This document shows, piece by piece, positions 26,926-40,145 of a stretch of 64,000 nt of DNA; within the stretch, counting starts at the first letter, position 1; every line of letters begins with the position of its first letter. The notes under the pieces were generated by a model. That model had not been told where the DNA came from. It was given only the letters and a program-made list of their open reading frames with translations, and made no database searches. This DNA comes from Fimbriosthenelais zetlandica (taxonomy: Eukaryota), in NCBI GenBank assembly GCA_977030845.1, contig OZ365116.1, forward strand, positions 12,958,001 to 13,022,000. Reading direction: 5' to 3'. A program made the translations under genes and the position numbers.

Positions 26926-27235
26926 GGGGCGGGGGGGGGGGGGGGGGGGTCGGCCCTATATACCCACGGATCCTTATATGACCTTGACAGTTTTTTTTCT
27001 CACCTTTGACCTCACCTGGAGTCGATGATCAAGGTATAGGCTATAAAGGTGTGCATCCCCTAGTCGACCTACATCCTGAGTTGAGTTTCTATTGAAATGT
27101 CAACGTACAAATATAGGCAGAGATGTGTATATGGGTGTCCTCCCTCCTCCTCCCGATGTCCATGTAGGTCCCTATTTCTGAACACGTACGGATGGAGTGT
27201 GTGTGTGGGGGGGGGGGGAGGGGGGGGAGGGGGGT
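26926..27235 (+). repeat. Poly-G and G-rich tracts (26926-26949, 27205-27235)
   Basis: A 19-G homopolymer and a multi-GGG run, seen directly. Confidence 0.7.
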
Positions 27236-29879
27236 AGAGGTATATATGTATAATACACATACACAGCTGGTCTGTTCCACCTATAGGGACAGGTGGTAGT
27301 GTCACTGCTCGGCAGTGGGATGCCCCACCACCAGCTCTGTCAGGTCTCTATTTGTGGTCTCTGTCAACATATCCACCTCTATAGTCTGTTTCGCTATAAG
27401 GCGATTTTCCCAATACTATATAGCTTCATCTCTCTCTAAGCTACGGGTAACATAGCATTACTGGAATCCATGCGTGTATTTGTTATCCACGTGGAACGAA
27501 TGCGCAATAGGCTGCATCTACTTCACCTCTGTGTATTGGAAGAAAATATGAAATATAAAAAAAATCAAATAGATATGTCATTCACGTTGTGCCGGTGAAA
27601 GGATTTTTGAATTTTTGTTGATGCGGAGTGATTGATTCAGTTGGGAAAGAGTGATTTAAGTAAATGTTTCCCAAGTACCATTATTATTCTGTAAAGATGG
27701 GGAAGTAAGCATTGCTAACCTACCTATTTTTTTACAGCACCTGAATTTATAAATATATGATGAAATATAAATGTTTCCCTTATATGGATATATGGACCAT
27801 ATATATGTGTATGGCTATTTTGTCTATAACTCCACTTAATTCCACCAAAGCCATTCTGCTCTTTGCATAGCCTCCCCTAAATTCATTGGATGTCGGTTCA
27901 GCCTACTCAAATATGGTCACATCTGTGCTCGATTTCAGGAAAACATACATTCTCCCTCTCCCGATCAAAAGGGGTCTTGTCTTGGGCATAACACGATACC
28001 CCGAATGAATTTCCATGCCCGAAATCGAGAAGACCTCTCGAGCATTTACTTAAACCTAGCTGAATTTCAAATTTCCGATTCAAATCCCACACAAGTCACA
28101 TATCTTCTTCACCCACACATCTTGACAACAATTGACGCTGACGTGTTTATCTTCAGTTTTAATGCGAAAACGGACATTCTTAGCACACCTTTTACATTCC
28201 CTATACTCTTTATACCATTCTCCCTCACGGTCTTGCTTCAATGAATCTCCCTAAATAACGAAAAACACTATTTTTTCCCCATTTGAAATAATCTCACCAA
28301 CTCGAAGAACAAAAGATGCAAAAATGGACTTAGAGTAAGATATTTTCTGCTGCGGTGATAGAGATGGTAGGATTTTTATGACCATATCGCGGGAGGATCG
28401 AAAAGTAGGGAGCGGAGAGGTCATTGCACTTTTGATGGGAGTGTGACAATACCTGTAGTGACTGAAGCTTTTATCTGGTTTGGTATACAGGTAGAGGATG
28501 TGGGGTATATGTGAGGGACTGTATATAGTGAAGGCGGTAGATTCACCTGATAAGCTCTAACACTGAGTGATGTCCTGCTATCAGACGACAGTCAAGGATT
28601 CCATGTTCCCCACCGCCGCCAACAGGCTTCACAGCCCACACACGTTTAACACCCTTTCTACATACCTGGAAACAATAAAAGATTCACCGCAATTCTATGC
28701 TAGAAAAATGAGGTACAAAAATTGGACATCAAATTGAGTGTTTATTTAGGAGTTCGGGGAAATATAGCGAGACTTTTTTTTGAAGTGATCAAATGAATAT
28801 GAAAAAATAGGTCAGTGAGGATATATCTTTAAATCGTTAAATTTGTGTGTTGATTTTTTAAATTGAATTTTATCTAGATTTGAAAAGATATGTTAGTTTG
28901 GTGGATTTACTATGAAATGTATCTCTTGTGATATTTCATTTTGAATCTTTTAAGATGAAAATGCTGTAATAAGGGCGTTTGGACGAAAATTTGTTGAAAT
29001 GAAGAAAGGTTTGACTTTCATGTTACTTGACACTTTTGCGTCAGAATTTATGGGAAATTTGGGAGGTCCTGCCTACCAAGGAGTAAAAAAAAAAAGATCG
29101 TTCATTGAGTGTGTCACAGACATAAGCTATTTCTACATGCTCTATAAAATCACACAAATACATACACTGACTATGTCTAGTCGCTACAGCTTTTAATTGG
29201 GATTTCAAAGCTTGGGAGTTTGAGATTAATGTCGATACAATAGGCGAAGGTGAAAAATGTGACTTGGCTTCATTGATAGCTCATAGTGTCAGGAGTCTAT
29301 AGTCTATGTCTAGGTGTACTCAGTGGAAAAGGTCCACAGTCTCTCCACTCACGCTATAGCGATGATTTCAAAGAAAGCTACTTTTGAAGAACACCATTTA
29401 CTTCCCTGTATATATACCATGCACATTTATTTGTCCAAATGATTTTTCTATCCCTTATATTCTCTCGAGGAGAAAGGGATATATATATGAAGAAAAGAAA
29501 ATGATCAATTGATCAGAAAACTCAACTGTTCTTACTAGCTATTTACTTTATTTGTCTTGAAAGTTAAAACTCTTAAAAGAGTGAAATCAAAAGGGGAGAT
29601 GAGTGAATTTGTGACATGTAATGCACGCTCTATATTTCACCAATTCAAGCTTTGTCACACTGTTTTTATGGACTTCCATCTTTGAGTCCTCGAACCACCG
29701 CCGGAGAACCCCCCTGCGTTCAAAGTGATGGCCGGTCTTTGTCCTCCTCTCTTGTTTTGTCTGGAATATAGCTTCTTGTCAACAGTCTCTCCATACTTTT
29801 CTTTGTTGTCCTCAGAAAACGCAAGTGTCCTCCCTCTGCCGCTCTGAGGGGTCGCTGATCAGCTGTGACAAGTTGTCGT

Positions 29880-29980
29880 GCTTACACTAACGACATCAAA
29901 GACAGAACCCACTGACGGCAAGATCAACAGCACGGCGGCCATGCGCACTGACAACTTGCCATGGCTTGCCTATATAATCT
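29880..29980 (-). promoter_or_regulatory. Candidate Pol II core promoter and first exon (TATA + TCAGT Inr + ATG + GTAAGC donor)
   Basis: On the minus strand, TATATA (29976-29971) is followed by TCAGT (29951-47), ATG (29942), 19 codons MAAVLLILPSVGSVFDVVS, then GTAAGC. The region is CpG-rich. No downstream exon was identified. Confidence 0.25.
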
Positions 29981-31377
29981 CTTTTAAGCCCATGTTTTCT
30001 CCCTCTCAGAATTACTTCATTTTTTTATGAATTGTGTACCATTGAAAAGAGAAATGTTAGTGACAACTATTAAGTCTCTCTATATATATGGTCCCATCTT
30101 GCTGGGATACTCTCATGAGGAAATGTATAGTTCACTTCTATAGAAAATACCCCAATTTTTTGACCCCATAAGTTAGAATATGAAAAGACACTCCTCAATC
30201 CCAATATCCATTTTAGATAAAGAGGGAGAAATAAAATATCTGGAAAGAAATAAGACAAAACAAACAGTTTGAATCTATCCCAACCCAACTCTAATTCGAA
30301 CCCCACTTTTCAAATGCTGGATCCGCCCCTGAGATATTTCTTGAATGAAGTATCCCTGATAACTAGGCATGTATGGGGTACACATAGTATATAGGCTTCT
30401 CCTCATGATCATACACATATGTAACATGATCATGAAAGCGATCATGGGGCTGGAGGACGAGTGCGATTCTTCTGCTTGGGTCACTTTTGACTAAACTGAC
30501 ATAGTTTTTGGAGTGGGTATCATTTGTGATTCGTCTCTTGCCATACGAGGATAGATAATTAATGTGGGACAAAGTCATTATATTATTACACACTTCAAGG
30601 GAATGTATAGTATTCTGACCTCTTATTATGATCATCATTGTATTTATGATCAGTCAACCGTGAATTATATCACATCTCAAAAGAATAGACTTATCTACCC
30701 AATGGTCTATGCCTCCTGTTTCACCACACTAAACTTTCTCGCGCTTTTCCTTACTTTCCCTGCTTTTCCAGTCCAGATATTTCACAAATTTTGACTCATT
30801 CCTTATAGTTTGCCAACTCTCTCTCTCTTTTTCCTGTTTTTTCCTGGTCCAGTTCTCCTTGACCTACTTCTCCTCTTGATCGTTTCTTCCTCCTACAGGT
30901 TTAGTTCTTTTCCTGAAAGCTTAGTTCTTTTCCTGAGGGCTGATCATACCTTCCTCTTCCTACTATATCTATTCCGACCAGTTTCCCGTCCGATCCTCCC
31001 CTTCTCCCTATCTTCCCCCACCTCCACCTCCTCCTCTCAGATTCCAATGCCTCATCCCCGCCCACATAGATGGGTAGGAGGAGGGACCCTGGAGGAGCCC
31101 ACCAAGCATATAGGATCCTCCAGCTGATGATTTGTCCACCAACTCCACATCTTCACCCATCCATCTCTTCTTCCCATCCCTCCACGCACTCATTCCTTAC
31201 AACTCCTCCAGTGTAGTGAGCAACTCAGGACTTGCTCAGAGTTGCTCAACTCATCCTAATGCACATGGTCCCATTCATACATGTATGGGAACTGCTCCAT
31301 GCAAGTAGTAGGAGGAAGTCAGAGGAGCAGGAGGAGGAGCATATGAGAGCAGCTCACTGTTTTTAATTGCTCGTCAT

Positions 31378-31500
31378 GCTGATTGGCTGTAGGCCGCACC
31401 CCCGGGCTAGTCTGTGAATGGAGGGAGACAGAGCTAGCAGTCCCACCAGCTGATGGGTGGTAGACTTATATATAAAGAAGACAGTCACCGCGGCTGATCT
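31378..31500 (+). promoter_or_regulatory. Candidate promoter (inverted CCAAT + E-box + TATA)
   Basis: GATTGGC at ~31381, CAGCTG inside a CCACC/GGTGG stem at ~31443-60, and TATATATAAA at 31467-76. Confidence 0.25.
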
Positions 31501-32409
31501 GAGAAAGGCTATTAGAATGGCCGATCACTGGAGGCGACAGAAGGATCGCATCATCAGAATGTTATCACCTTTTCACTACCTGGAAACAGAATCAGATCCT
31601 TTTTCAATAGTGAGAAAAGGTGCAACAACGTGATAACTCAATTAGTTAATTATTGACACAAAGTACTAAATTAAGTTTATAAATCAATTTTTGACGCAGG
31701 ATTACCTTGAGGATCCAAGATCAGGCAATTTTACTGACATGCTTATATCATAACTCTGCATCATTCCATTGATGCATAGATTGAACACAAAATATTATAC
31801 AAATCACTTTGAGACGAAATAGGCGAATTTCAATGTTACATTTGGATTTAATACATGTTCAAGGAATACTAATTTAGGACATTAAAGCTTTTGTTGCAAG
31901 TCTGACCCAGTCCCCTTGAAGACAAGGGTGAGGGTTTTGTTGTCCCCCTGGAGGGGTATAATAGAGACTGGAGTAGGACGACAGGTGGAGAGACCAGTCT
32001 CTTACTGGTCGTCCCACACCTGTAGAGATTACTAACATAGGACATGGATCTTCCCTCATGGATCAATAATCTAGTTATGATTACACTCGTATTCCCATCC
32101 TCCCTGGCCTCAGGTGAGCTATTATACCTATACCTACTTATATTATATCCACCAGTCTAGTTTTAGTGAAGTGAACGAGATGATTTTGTATATATGGGAA
32201 GGGAATGGCGAGAAAAGAAACATTCATGTTTGCATTATGTTTACGGGTGTCCGATCAGGAGGGCCCATATTTCTAACTAAGTTGCTCCTATAGATCTAAT
32301 GAATTGAGGCTAGAACTCATTTGCCCATTTTAACACAATACCTTATATGAGGTACCTGTTTCAAATAAGGGCATATTGTACTGTATAATATACGATACTA
32401 TGAGCATAA

Positions 32410-32594
32410 TGCTGGGCCCACACAGAGGCGATTCTCCAAGCGATAGCTGCGCGAAACTATATTTCTAGTCACACCCAATGCTTGTAATTTTAACAGTCCT
32501 TTACACCTAGCTAAGGCTAACCACTGACGAAATTACAAGCATTGGGTGTGACTAGAAATTTAGTTTCGCGCAGCTATCGCTCGGAGAATCGCCT
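32410..32594 (-). mobile_element. MITE family B, copy 2 (A/B-intermediate, right end truncated)
   Basis: TAA|TGCTGGGCCCACACAGAGGCGATTCTCCAAGCGATAGCTGCGCGAAACTA ... TAGTTTCGCGCAGCTATCGCTCGGAGAATCGCCT. Confidence 0.88.
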
Positions 32595-34505
32595 ATATAT
32601 ATAGGGGCACTGCATAACCATCATGAAACGGTCTGAGTGCTATATTGTGAATGTACGGTAAGAGGGACAGAAAGGGCGTGTGTAGATAGAGATGTAAAGG
32701 ATTTGCATGGAATTTTGTTCTACATATCTTTGGAAGCTGATGGCGATAACGACTGGGAGGGAACATAGTTAGATCTCTATGAGATACTGACTCTATGTCA
32801 CTCATCTCAATTTAAAGCGCCAGTTACCAGTGATGTCTATATACCCATAAAGAAGAGTATCAAATGATAACTTTATCATAAATATTGACAGTTCCTTTAA
32901 TATCGGTACCATGATGTCCCAACATTATCACTGGGAACATCCATGGGGTGTGCATGCACCTCCTTAAGTTGATGTTGGACTGATATAAAAAGGAAAAAAT
33001 GTCCATGCTGCTGCTGGGGGACCCATCCTAAAAAGGGCAATATGGGGCACTTTTATAGAAGCCCAGAGGGTACTTAAAGAATGCCAGTGTTATTATATAT
33101 ACACCCAATGTAGGACGATCATTTTAAGTGGACACGAGCCACCCTTTCTTCTTGTTTCTCATCTTTTTTCCCTCTTTTCCTCCTCCTCCTCCTCCTATAT
33201 GTATTATTCCAGTAGGTTTTACCCTCGCCTTTTCAATGCTTACTCATCCCTTGCCTGTAAATGTACAACTTCTGGATTCTCTGTTTCTTTTGGCATGGCT
33301 CACCTTTTTGGTGCTTGGAACCTTTTATCTCAGTAGCTTTCTAGTTATCTCCTTCATATTATAGGGTGTCTCTGGATACTTTTAGCATTTAAGTTAAAGG
33401 TTGGTGTAATTATGCAATTCTGAAATGGGGAATCACCGAAGGGAAGGAGTTCTGTGGAAACTATTTGACTGTTACATGAGATCTGTGAAAGTTCTTGTGT
33501 GTGTGGTTGCTTCCAAGTGCTTGTATGTCAACCACAAATCACGCACGGTACCATTGACATCCGGAAGCAGGTGTCGCAAACAGTATCTTTCCTCTAAAAC
33601 TTTTGATTTTCATATTCTAACGAGTATATATAAAGGTTTCTTTCATTTCTGACGGTATTAAATCAAATCAGTGTTAAGAAAACGTTGGGGTTTTTTAAGA
33701 CGATCGTTTTCTCAGAAGATCTCTTATTTTGTAAACTTTGTTTGAAATCGCTTGAGTGTTTGCAACCAAGTAAACAAGACCGACTTTGTGATTGGAAGCA
33801 GCAAAGATAATAGAATGAATTTCATTCTATGCTCATTCGAAGCAGATAGATCCCATTCCAGATTTGCGGGCCCTAACTGCAAACCACAGATTGCCAAGAC
33901 ATGCAATTCTAAATATATGAAAAATATGAATCTTGTATTTTTCTCTTCTTTATTAACACAAAATATAAAGTCTATATCTTTTGGCAAGTCGGAATGTATG
34001 GAACTTCTGAAGGTCAGGTCTGTGGGGAATGGGGTGGAATGGGTAGCTTATAGCCCCGCGCTTAGCACGTGCATGCGTGGGTTGAACAAAATGATGTTTG
34101 CTAGAGGAGTGGGAGAACCCCCACCTACACAACACTCGCTTCTTGCATACCTCCCCAATGAACAGACCAAAAATGAAAGAAATTTGTCCATTTATTCATT
34201 TTTGAGCATCAGGATGGATAGTCCATCACTTCCAAATGACCATTCAGAAAAATCATCCAGAGACATTCTGGAGACAATATTAATTAAGAATGTCTCTGAA
34301 AACTGTACCTGTTAATAGCTATGTTGTCACTCAGAAGTAGACCTTCATAGGTGGATCATGGTAGGAGGTGGGGTCAAGCGGGGTCACGACCCCCTTTCAG
34401 ACATGAATTTTTGACGCTCAAATAGTAAATTTTTGTGGGTGGAAGCCTTCCCCCTCGGCTTCTTTAGAAAATGTTGGATCCATTCCTGATCTCCTAATTG
34501 CTACA

Positions 34506-34648
34506 TAGCCATTGGGGATAGCCAGTGAAGATATTGGGGATAGCCAGTGGGGATATTGGGGATTGCCAGTGGGGACATTGGGGATAGCCAGTGGGGATAT
34601 TGGGGATAGCCACTGGGGATAGCCATCGGGGATATTGGGGATGGCCAC
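34506..34648 (+). repeat. G-rich minisatellite (~21-22 bp unit GGATAGCCAGTGGGGATATTG)
   Basis: About 6 degenerate units. It explains ORFs 34418-34709. Confidence 0.88.
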
Positions 34649-34995
34649 TGGGGATATTGAGTTGAGCGGGGGGAGGGGGGATGACTGAGGTTTGACTCAT
34701 GCTACTCACCTTTCTACCTTTATCTCACCTGGACAGGTGTGTTATCAGGCATCAGGTGGGGTGGAACATTGAGCTCGTCTCTGTGGTGGGTCTCCATACT
34801 TCCCTCTTACCATGCATTACTATCTACTCACTAATCTAACTCTCTTCTTAAGCTCATGGGCACTCATAATCAAAACCGGAATCTATGTTTGTTCCTGTTC
34901 TGAAAACCAGACTTTTCCCATTGAAAAAATAGCATTCGATCATGAGATATTGTTGTGATACAAATATTGCATCTGAAACAAAATAAACAGTTTTA

Positions 34996-35178
34996 AGCCT
35001 GGAGCACACTAATCCGATTCTCCAATCCGTCGCCATCCAATCCCCTATTTCTAATGACAATTAAAGATTGTAATTTTGTCAGTGGTTAGCCTTACTTATA
35101 GGTGGGGAGGTCTGATCAAATTACAAGCATTTGGCGTGAAGAGAAATATATTTTCGGACAGCTATCGGATGGAACCGA
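34996..35178 (+). mobile_element. MITE family A, copy 5 (right TIR missing)
   Basis: TTA|AGCCTGGAGCACACTAATCCGATTCTCC plus core. Similarity ends at ~35178. Confidence 0.88.
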
Positions 35179-36809
35179 ATTGGAATGAATTACAAGAATA
35201 AATTTTATGTTCTTCACTCATTATTTCCACCAATCTGCAACAACAGAAGTAGAAATTGCACCCGAAAGGTCCATATAACTAGACCCACACCCTCCGGATT
35301 ATTGCTTGCTTGTACCAATATATTATGTATTAATTTATTGAGCCTCAGCCTCACGGCAATATCAAGTAACCAAACGTAATGGTAGAATGTGTTCACGTAA
35401 TGCATTTATTTGTATGCATAGCTCTTACGTGTTCTCTCTTCCATTCACAGGTTTGTTTTATGAGGAGATAAAAACCTTGTTTGATAAATGAGGCTATTTA
35501 TGAGTATGAACATGATATTGTGCTCTCTCCGCCCTCACCGATCACAACTCTCATATCTCATCCTATTCATATATTAATAGAGAAAGGTATGGGTGTTGAG
35601 AGATGGTTCAACATCACATCAAACCAGGTATTACTTAAAGTAGGGGGAGGAGATGATGAAGAAGTGGATGACACCTGGGACTTATGAGTAACTTAGATCA
35701 CAGGGTATTCAACCGACTGTACTGTCTTTTTCTATGATAATTTTCGACTGATTTTTATGAAAAATGTGTAAAGTTTTACGACTTGTGATTCCCAGCTATG
35801 ATTCATTCATTCAGACAATATCCCCCCGTTATATTGATCAGAGGAAAGTTGTTTGAGAGAATGATGTGAACAATAGATCTAAATGTCCATGTTTCTTTCT
35901 TCATTTCATTTCATACAGTTCCCATACACTGCTTACCAAAATGAGCCAAAATGTTTTTTCTCAAAGCTTTAGTCCTTTGGTGAAGATGACAATAATGTAC
36001 AATGACATTGTACATGGTAGAATTGTTCTAACACCTGCTACATTATATTGAAAACAAAACCGTGAGTTTTCTCTGCTCATCTTGTGAAAATAATTTGCTC
36101 TTCGCACCTTCCCGCCCCTCAATAGCACCTTTGGAAAGGTGTCAAATTGTGGTTGAATCAAATTGCATTATACATATTCCATTACTAAGCAATGTAATGG
36201 GTGATATAGTTTCCCCACATTAAATGAAATCAACAGCAAGTTCACATACACACCGAGGTCAATGTGCACCTGTGTTGGGGGCAAATCATCAAACTTTGAT
36301 TTAACTACAGTAAGGAAGAAAGATCTAATGTATGAGCAAATGTATATCATTATTTTGAACTCCATAAATCCTCAGAGATTACCCCTGACTGTCTTCCTAT
36401 AATCACCAAGATGAGAGATTGTATCTAACATATAGATTAAGATACATAGAAGCATGTATATCATGATAGACTACCTGTAGCTCATTATGTGATGACCTCA
36501 GGTATTGTGATGGGAGTATAACAATGATGTAGATGATCACTACTATTTATATACAAGGGCTTGTCAGGACTCAAAGGGTCACATTGATAGATGGGCAGAG
36601 CTACTTCATGAGCTGTGGTCACACCAAACCAACCGACCGGCCGGTTGATATGAATCTAAATCAGATTGCTTTTAAGCAAACTATAAGTGCTTGGTTATTC
36701 TGTTACAAGAATGAGCAGATATTTAAAGTGCGATCGGTGACTTTCACGGTTCAAAGTCCAGTTCTTTATATAGTTGGTCGTTGATTTGGTCAGCGCATCC
36801 CTGGTCTAA

Positions 36810-37014
36810 TACCGGAACCACACTGAGGCGATTTTCCCAAGCGATGAAGAGCGATATAATATATTTCTAACCACACCCAATGCTTGTAAGTTTGTCAGTG
36901 GTTAGCCTTAGCTAGGTTTAAAGGACTGTTAAAAATACAAGCATTGGTTGTGACTAGAAATATATACTATCGCTCTGTATCGCTTGGGAAAATCGCCTCT
37001 GTGTGGGCCTGGCA
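36810..37014 (+). mobile_element. MITE family B, copy 3
   Basis: TAA TSD. TACCGGAACCACACTGAGGCGATTTTCCCAAGCGA ... TCGCTTGGGAAAATCGCCTCTGTGTGGGCCTGGCA. Confidence 0.92.
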
Positions 37015-38529
37015 TAAGAGACTGTGCATGGACACGTGGGGACAATCTGCTATATAGCTCACCTTAACTGTCACCTCTGAACTCTGCTCAGGTATGTGAG
37101 TCAGGTGTTCAGGTCACCATTGCTCTGACTATCTCTCTTAAAGGAGTCACTTCTACCTATACCAGCCACTCATTATCTTATATAGAAGATTCTCTCCCAC
37201 CTTGAAGCGTCCCTGAACATCTGAGTCAAGTGGAAAACTTGACAATACAAAGAGGGGGCGTGGTCTTCCTAATTAGGGGCTAGTCCCTCTCAGTCGTTCC
37301 CTCACCCCTCCTTCAGCTGTCAGGTGAAAAACACATGTCTACCCATTATAAGAATACGTCCTACCTACCCACCCCCCAGCAAAGCTGCATCCCAACAGGT
37401 GTGCTATATACTTATTAAGCTGTCGCTCTTGTTAAGTACAGTGGTTACAAGTTCATCGGTGGATCGAGAAAGTAGTAGATCACTCTTAGAAATGACCATA
37501 AATTCATATGCCAAGAGTGTAAACACGCACTAGTAAAGGGACAATAGTGATAGTGAGTTGATGATATTAATTGAATTAATATTAAAAAAGATTGGTAAAA
37601 CTTGAGCATTTCTTCATTTTGAGCCAAGGTATTGTCTTTGGGATGAGTGCTGAAGATGGTTGGTTGGTTGGTCGACGTTTATTGAAATGTAAAAAAAGAA
37701 AATAGAATTTTTACAATTTCAAAAGTTAAAGCTCTACCGGTACAAGAAGGATTACAGTGGTTTAATACAGATAGGAATATGTGAAGAAAAAAACAATATA
37801 TAATATGCGAAATAAAGTGAAGTTAATTAATACAATACTATATAGTGAAATGAAGATAGGTCTATGTGAAATATAACATTTCAAAGGAACAGTGACAGGA
37901 CTCATTGTTGACCATTTAAGAAGCTTTTGGTTGTCTGCCTATAGTTAGGAAGGAATGCAGGGTGTTTAGAGTATGTAAAAAGGGGGGTGTTCCCTCCGTG
38001 TCGGGGGATCATAGGGAGAATGGAAATGGCTGAACGTTTTCTAAATTACAGGTTCCTTAACAAGACTAAGACAAATGAAGGTGGTGCAGAATAGGCCTGC
38101 CAGACTTTAAACCATTGTTCAGCATTCGATGAGTTCCCATGTTTCCATTCTGAAATGAAGTTCATTTTGTTGAAATGTATATTTGCGTTCCATCGTTTCT
38201 ATTGTGCTGGGGCGTTCAAAAATATGGATCAGAAACAATTAGAGAACAATTAGAGATTTCAATAGATTGACTTGAAATGGCCATGGAGAGAATTCAAGTG
38301 ACGAAATACTAAACTAAACATAGAACTGTGTGTATATATCAAAATATCAAAACGACATTCTCCGAGAAGGCAATTGATGTTTTTATGTCAAGGAGTAATG
38401 TTTGAAAAAGTGGCTGTTGTATAATAATCCTGTCGGGTATTTCATAACTAAATGTCAAATCTATAACAGTCATCTGTACATTCCATAAAGGGACTTTACT
38501 CACTCTGTCCCCTCTCCCTTCCAACCATC

Positions 38530-38890
38530 AATCATTCAATTAACTCTCCCATTACCTGGCCTCTAGTTGGGGGAGAATATTTCACCGGGGTCTCTTGTGC
38601 TATTTTGTCATCATTACTTTCTATGATACAGCTTTTTCGGTCTTCAAAATTCCCCAGGCTTTGAGCTAATGGTAACCAAGTGGATGGAAATTTGTCTTTG
38701 CTCAAGGCTTTTTTCTGCCGACCTGAGAGAGATAGCCATCGAGACAAGGGACGTCAAACATAAGGGCTGATGATGAACTCCCATTTTCTATGCAGGATAT
38801 AAACGTAGAATCTTGATATGTTAGGGACGAAAACTGGATGAAACCCATATGGAGAAAATGGTGAATTTTAATATAGCCGACAGTCAATTT
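38530..38890 (-). pseudogene. Degenerate CR1-like reverse transcriptase fragment
   Basis: Track ORFs 38702-38887 (HMGFIQFSSLTYQ...IENG...FDV) and 38532-38747 (WLSLSGRQKK...STWLPL) resemble RT QxGF..ST..Q, AFDxV and LSGRxQxV..SxW motifs in the right order. Confidence 0.35.
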
Positions 38891-39137
38891 TTGAGGGATT
38901 TAGACATTATACCATTACATTACACCTGCAGGTTTCATAGTTAGCTTCCTCATCCTTCTATGCTATCCTAGAGTTCCAGATGAGTTCCACAGAGCCTTTC
39001 ATCCTTCTCAGGTATAGCCAACACACTGGAAAAGGATGACTACAGTCTCTCTCATTGAACGATGCATGATACTGCTTTTGAGGGTATGATAGTTCATAAT
39101 GTATAGAGGGAGACTGAGATACATTGGGTAGACTATC

Positions 39138-39565
39138 TGTGAAGTGTTTTCACTAAATGAGTCTAAAAGTCGCAAAAATGGATTTGGAGTTAGATTACCA
39201 GCGATCCAATGATGTATAGCATAATATTATGTGAAAAATATGTACATTTTTAATAACATTTCAAAATATAAAAGTAGTGACAGCGGGAACTAGATAAAAT
39301 ACCCATTTCAGACAATTCTCTGTCCAAGTGAAAGAAATCTTAAAGGGACAACACGCACAAAGTTGAACTTTTCTCGATTTCACCCACAAAAATAGTAACA
39401 TATCCTTGCTTTTATTGCGAAAATGCTAAGAAATATAAGTGGCTTGTGTACAACGATTTCAAGCCTGTAGCGCTGAATGTCATGGTGCGACTTTAAACTC
39501 ATTTAGTGAAAACACATCACAGCACATTGTGCGACTTTAGACTCATTTAGTGAAAACACATCACA
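39138..39565. mobile_element. Non-autonomous TIR element (family F) with a tandemly duplicated right TIR
   Basis: Left TGTGAAGTGTTTTCACTAAATGAGTCTAAAAGTCGC (39138-73) is the inverse of GCGACTTTAGACTCATTTAGTGAAAACACATCACA, present twice (39487-521 and 39531-565, 44-bp period). Confidence 0.75.
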
Positions 39566-39869
39566 CACATATGAAGCGCTCACCATTATAGCATTTTTCC
39601 GCTCCTCCTGTAGCCCATTTATTTGAGCTCACCTGGAGCCTCCTCCTCCTCACCTGGAGTATAGGGGCTCAGGTATAGTAAGGTGCCGCTCATGGGGCAG
39701 GTAGTGGGTTGGGGCATGCCCGGAATGCACCTTGAATTAACCCTAGTATGGATTCACTCACTTCCCCCTGTGTTTCTCCTCAACAGAGAATAATATGCAC
39801 CATTACTACAGGCTACATTCTCCTATCTCCTCCCCTCATACCTTCTCTAACCTATTTTACCATATATGA

Positions 39870-40145
39870 ACCTTCATTTGCCCTAGCTTTTTGACACCTA
39901 AACCATCGGGTCAATCTGGCCAACTTTGCATCCCTCTGAATGGGGACAGGGCTTTCGCAAAGTTTGCACCATCTGAATGGAATTGCCTCACTCATCTTAG
40001 AGACATTCCTACTATAAATGTTTTTAAGAACGCCCTTAAGACTGATTACCTTTTGCAACTTTAATTCACGTTAAGCGCATAGAAATGCATAATGTATGAT
40101 ACTTGCGCTATATAAATGAACTTTTACATTACATTTACGTTTTAC
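39870..40145 (+). mobile_element. L2-clade LINE 3' end (ORF2 C-terminus + 3' stem-loop + TTACA tail)
   Basis: 39942-40064 encodes GDRAFAKFAPSEWNCLTHLRDIPTINVFKNALKTDYLL*, the typical L2 GxRAF..AP..WN.L..LR....FK..LKT end. It is followed by an AGCGCA/TGCGCT stem, GCGCTATATAAAT and (TTACA)n. Confidence 0.8.

Noticed and set aside
33752-34315. 187-aa ORF, the longest outside the transposon
   Set aside because: No recognisable motif, a non-ATG start and no evident splice context. Compatible with chance.
34497-34648. Relationship between this G-rich array and the 29-bp array at 48.9 kb
   Set aside because: They share only GGGGATA and a short flank similarity, and the unit lengths and sequences differ.
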